DNA of 35,603 nt from Pseudomonadota bacterium (GTDB taxonomy: Bacteria > Desulfobacterota > Desulfobaccia > Desulfobaccales > 0-14-0-80-60-11), in NCBI GenBank assembly GCA_018897875.1, contig JAHIKF010000008.1, positions 1-35,603 on the forward strand. The letters are read 5' to 3'. The translations under genes were made by a program, and so were the position numbers. The notes beneath the pieces were generated by a model. That model had not been told where the DNA came from and searched no databases. It worked only from the letters and a program-made list of their open reading frames with translations. Below are positions 35,207 through 35,603 of the stretch, in pieces (within the stretch, counting starts at the first letter, position 1; every line of letters begins with the position of its first letter).

Positions 35207-35226
35207 CGAGCCTTTCCTCGGCTCTA

Positions 35227-35400
35227 CGCATCCATAGCTGTTTCTGTCCCAAGGAGGTTTTGCAGCCTCTTTGGCCGAGTAAAATCTCTCAAACGGTCCT
35301 CTTCACGAAGCCAGTTCTTCTCGCAGGTGGCAAAATAGCACAAATTAGGGCGGAAAGTCAATTTTCCCCAGATTTCGAGCATACCAATCCCTCGGCGATC
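35227..35400 (-). promoter_or_regulatory. Right copy of the duplicated operon leader with a sigma54-like -24/-12 core
   Basis: Its reverse complement aligns with 4741-4927. The 18-mer (35306-35323) and the 22-mer (35231-35252) are identical to the left copy. The GG-N10-GC core lies at 35236-35251 on the minus strand, pointing into the minus-strand operon. Confidence 0.55.
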
Positions 35401-35603
35401 AGATGCTAACTGGCTGGTAAGCCTATGATCCCCAGGCCATCACCGCCCGGCAATAGTAAAGCAAAATGGCCAGAGATTATTGATGGATGTGCTGATGGCT
35501 TGCCACTATACGCCCTTTCGCTTATTTTGTAATTGATCACAGGGTATGAAAAAAAAGAAAACGGCAGCATTTTTAGCTGGCGACAAAATTAACTTTGTGA
35601 TAA

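Overview
The window (about 55% GC by eye) comes from a diderm bacterium, since it encodes LolA-like, PagL-like and lipoprotein genes. The enzyme families suggest an anaerobe. It splits into two parts.

(1) 1-4.6 kb is decayed accessory DNA. It holds a pentapeptide-repeat gene broken by a homopolymer frameshift, and an IS21-family remnant (istB 3' fragment plus a right end with 18-bp direct repeats) that also truncates a small membrane-protein ORF. It also holds an intact sigma54-dependent NtrC-type activator, a degenerate DDE-transposase remnant, and a ~630-bp very GC-rich, G-skewed island with no credible coding frame.

(2) 4.7-35.4 kb is one large lipid/polyketide-type biosynthetic cluster built as two convergent, tightly overlapping operons.

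The plus operon (4987-19189) encodes: ACP, LpxL-like acyltransferase, B12-binding radical SAM, ApeI-like dehydratase, 4HBT thioesterase, KS + CLF-like partner, ACP, KS + CLF-like partner, NodB deacetylase, LolA-like carrier, DUF3261-like lipoprotein, FabZ-like dehydratase, a single-subunit 2-hydroxyacyl-CoA-dehydratase/BCR-family protein, its BcrAD/HgdC-type ATPase activase, and an ADP-forming acyl-CoA-synthetase alpha-type CoA-binding protein.

The minus operon (about 35206 down to 20786) encodes: nucleotidyltransferase remnant, GT2 glycosyltransferase, a 1292-aa MMPL-PlsC-methyltransferase triple fusion, CrtI-like flavoprotein, FabB-like KS, membrane-anchored C45 Ntn acyltransferase/hydrolase with TPR, FabG, a second FabB-like KS, and a GlcD-type flavoprotein fused to an Fe-S/CCG module.

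A PagL-like lipid A deacylase and a lipoprotein sit at the convergence point.

Both operons are preceded, in the same orientation relative to transcription, by diverged copies of a ~185-bp leader. The copies share perfectly conserved 18-nt and 22-nt blocks, and the 22-mer has sigma54 -24/-12 geometry.

The gene set resembles aryl-polyene (Ape) clusters. It lacks an aryl-activating enzyme and any enoyl reductase, and it adds anaerobic radical/low-potential enzymes. I consider its product uncharacterised. I recognised no rRNA, tRNA or CRISPR array.
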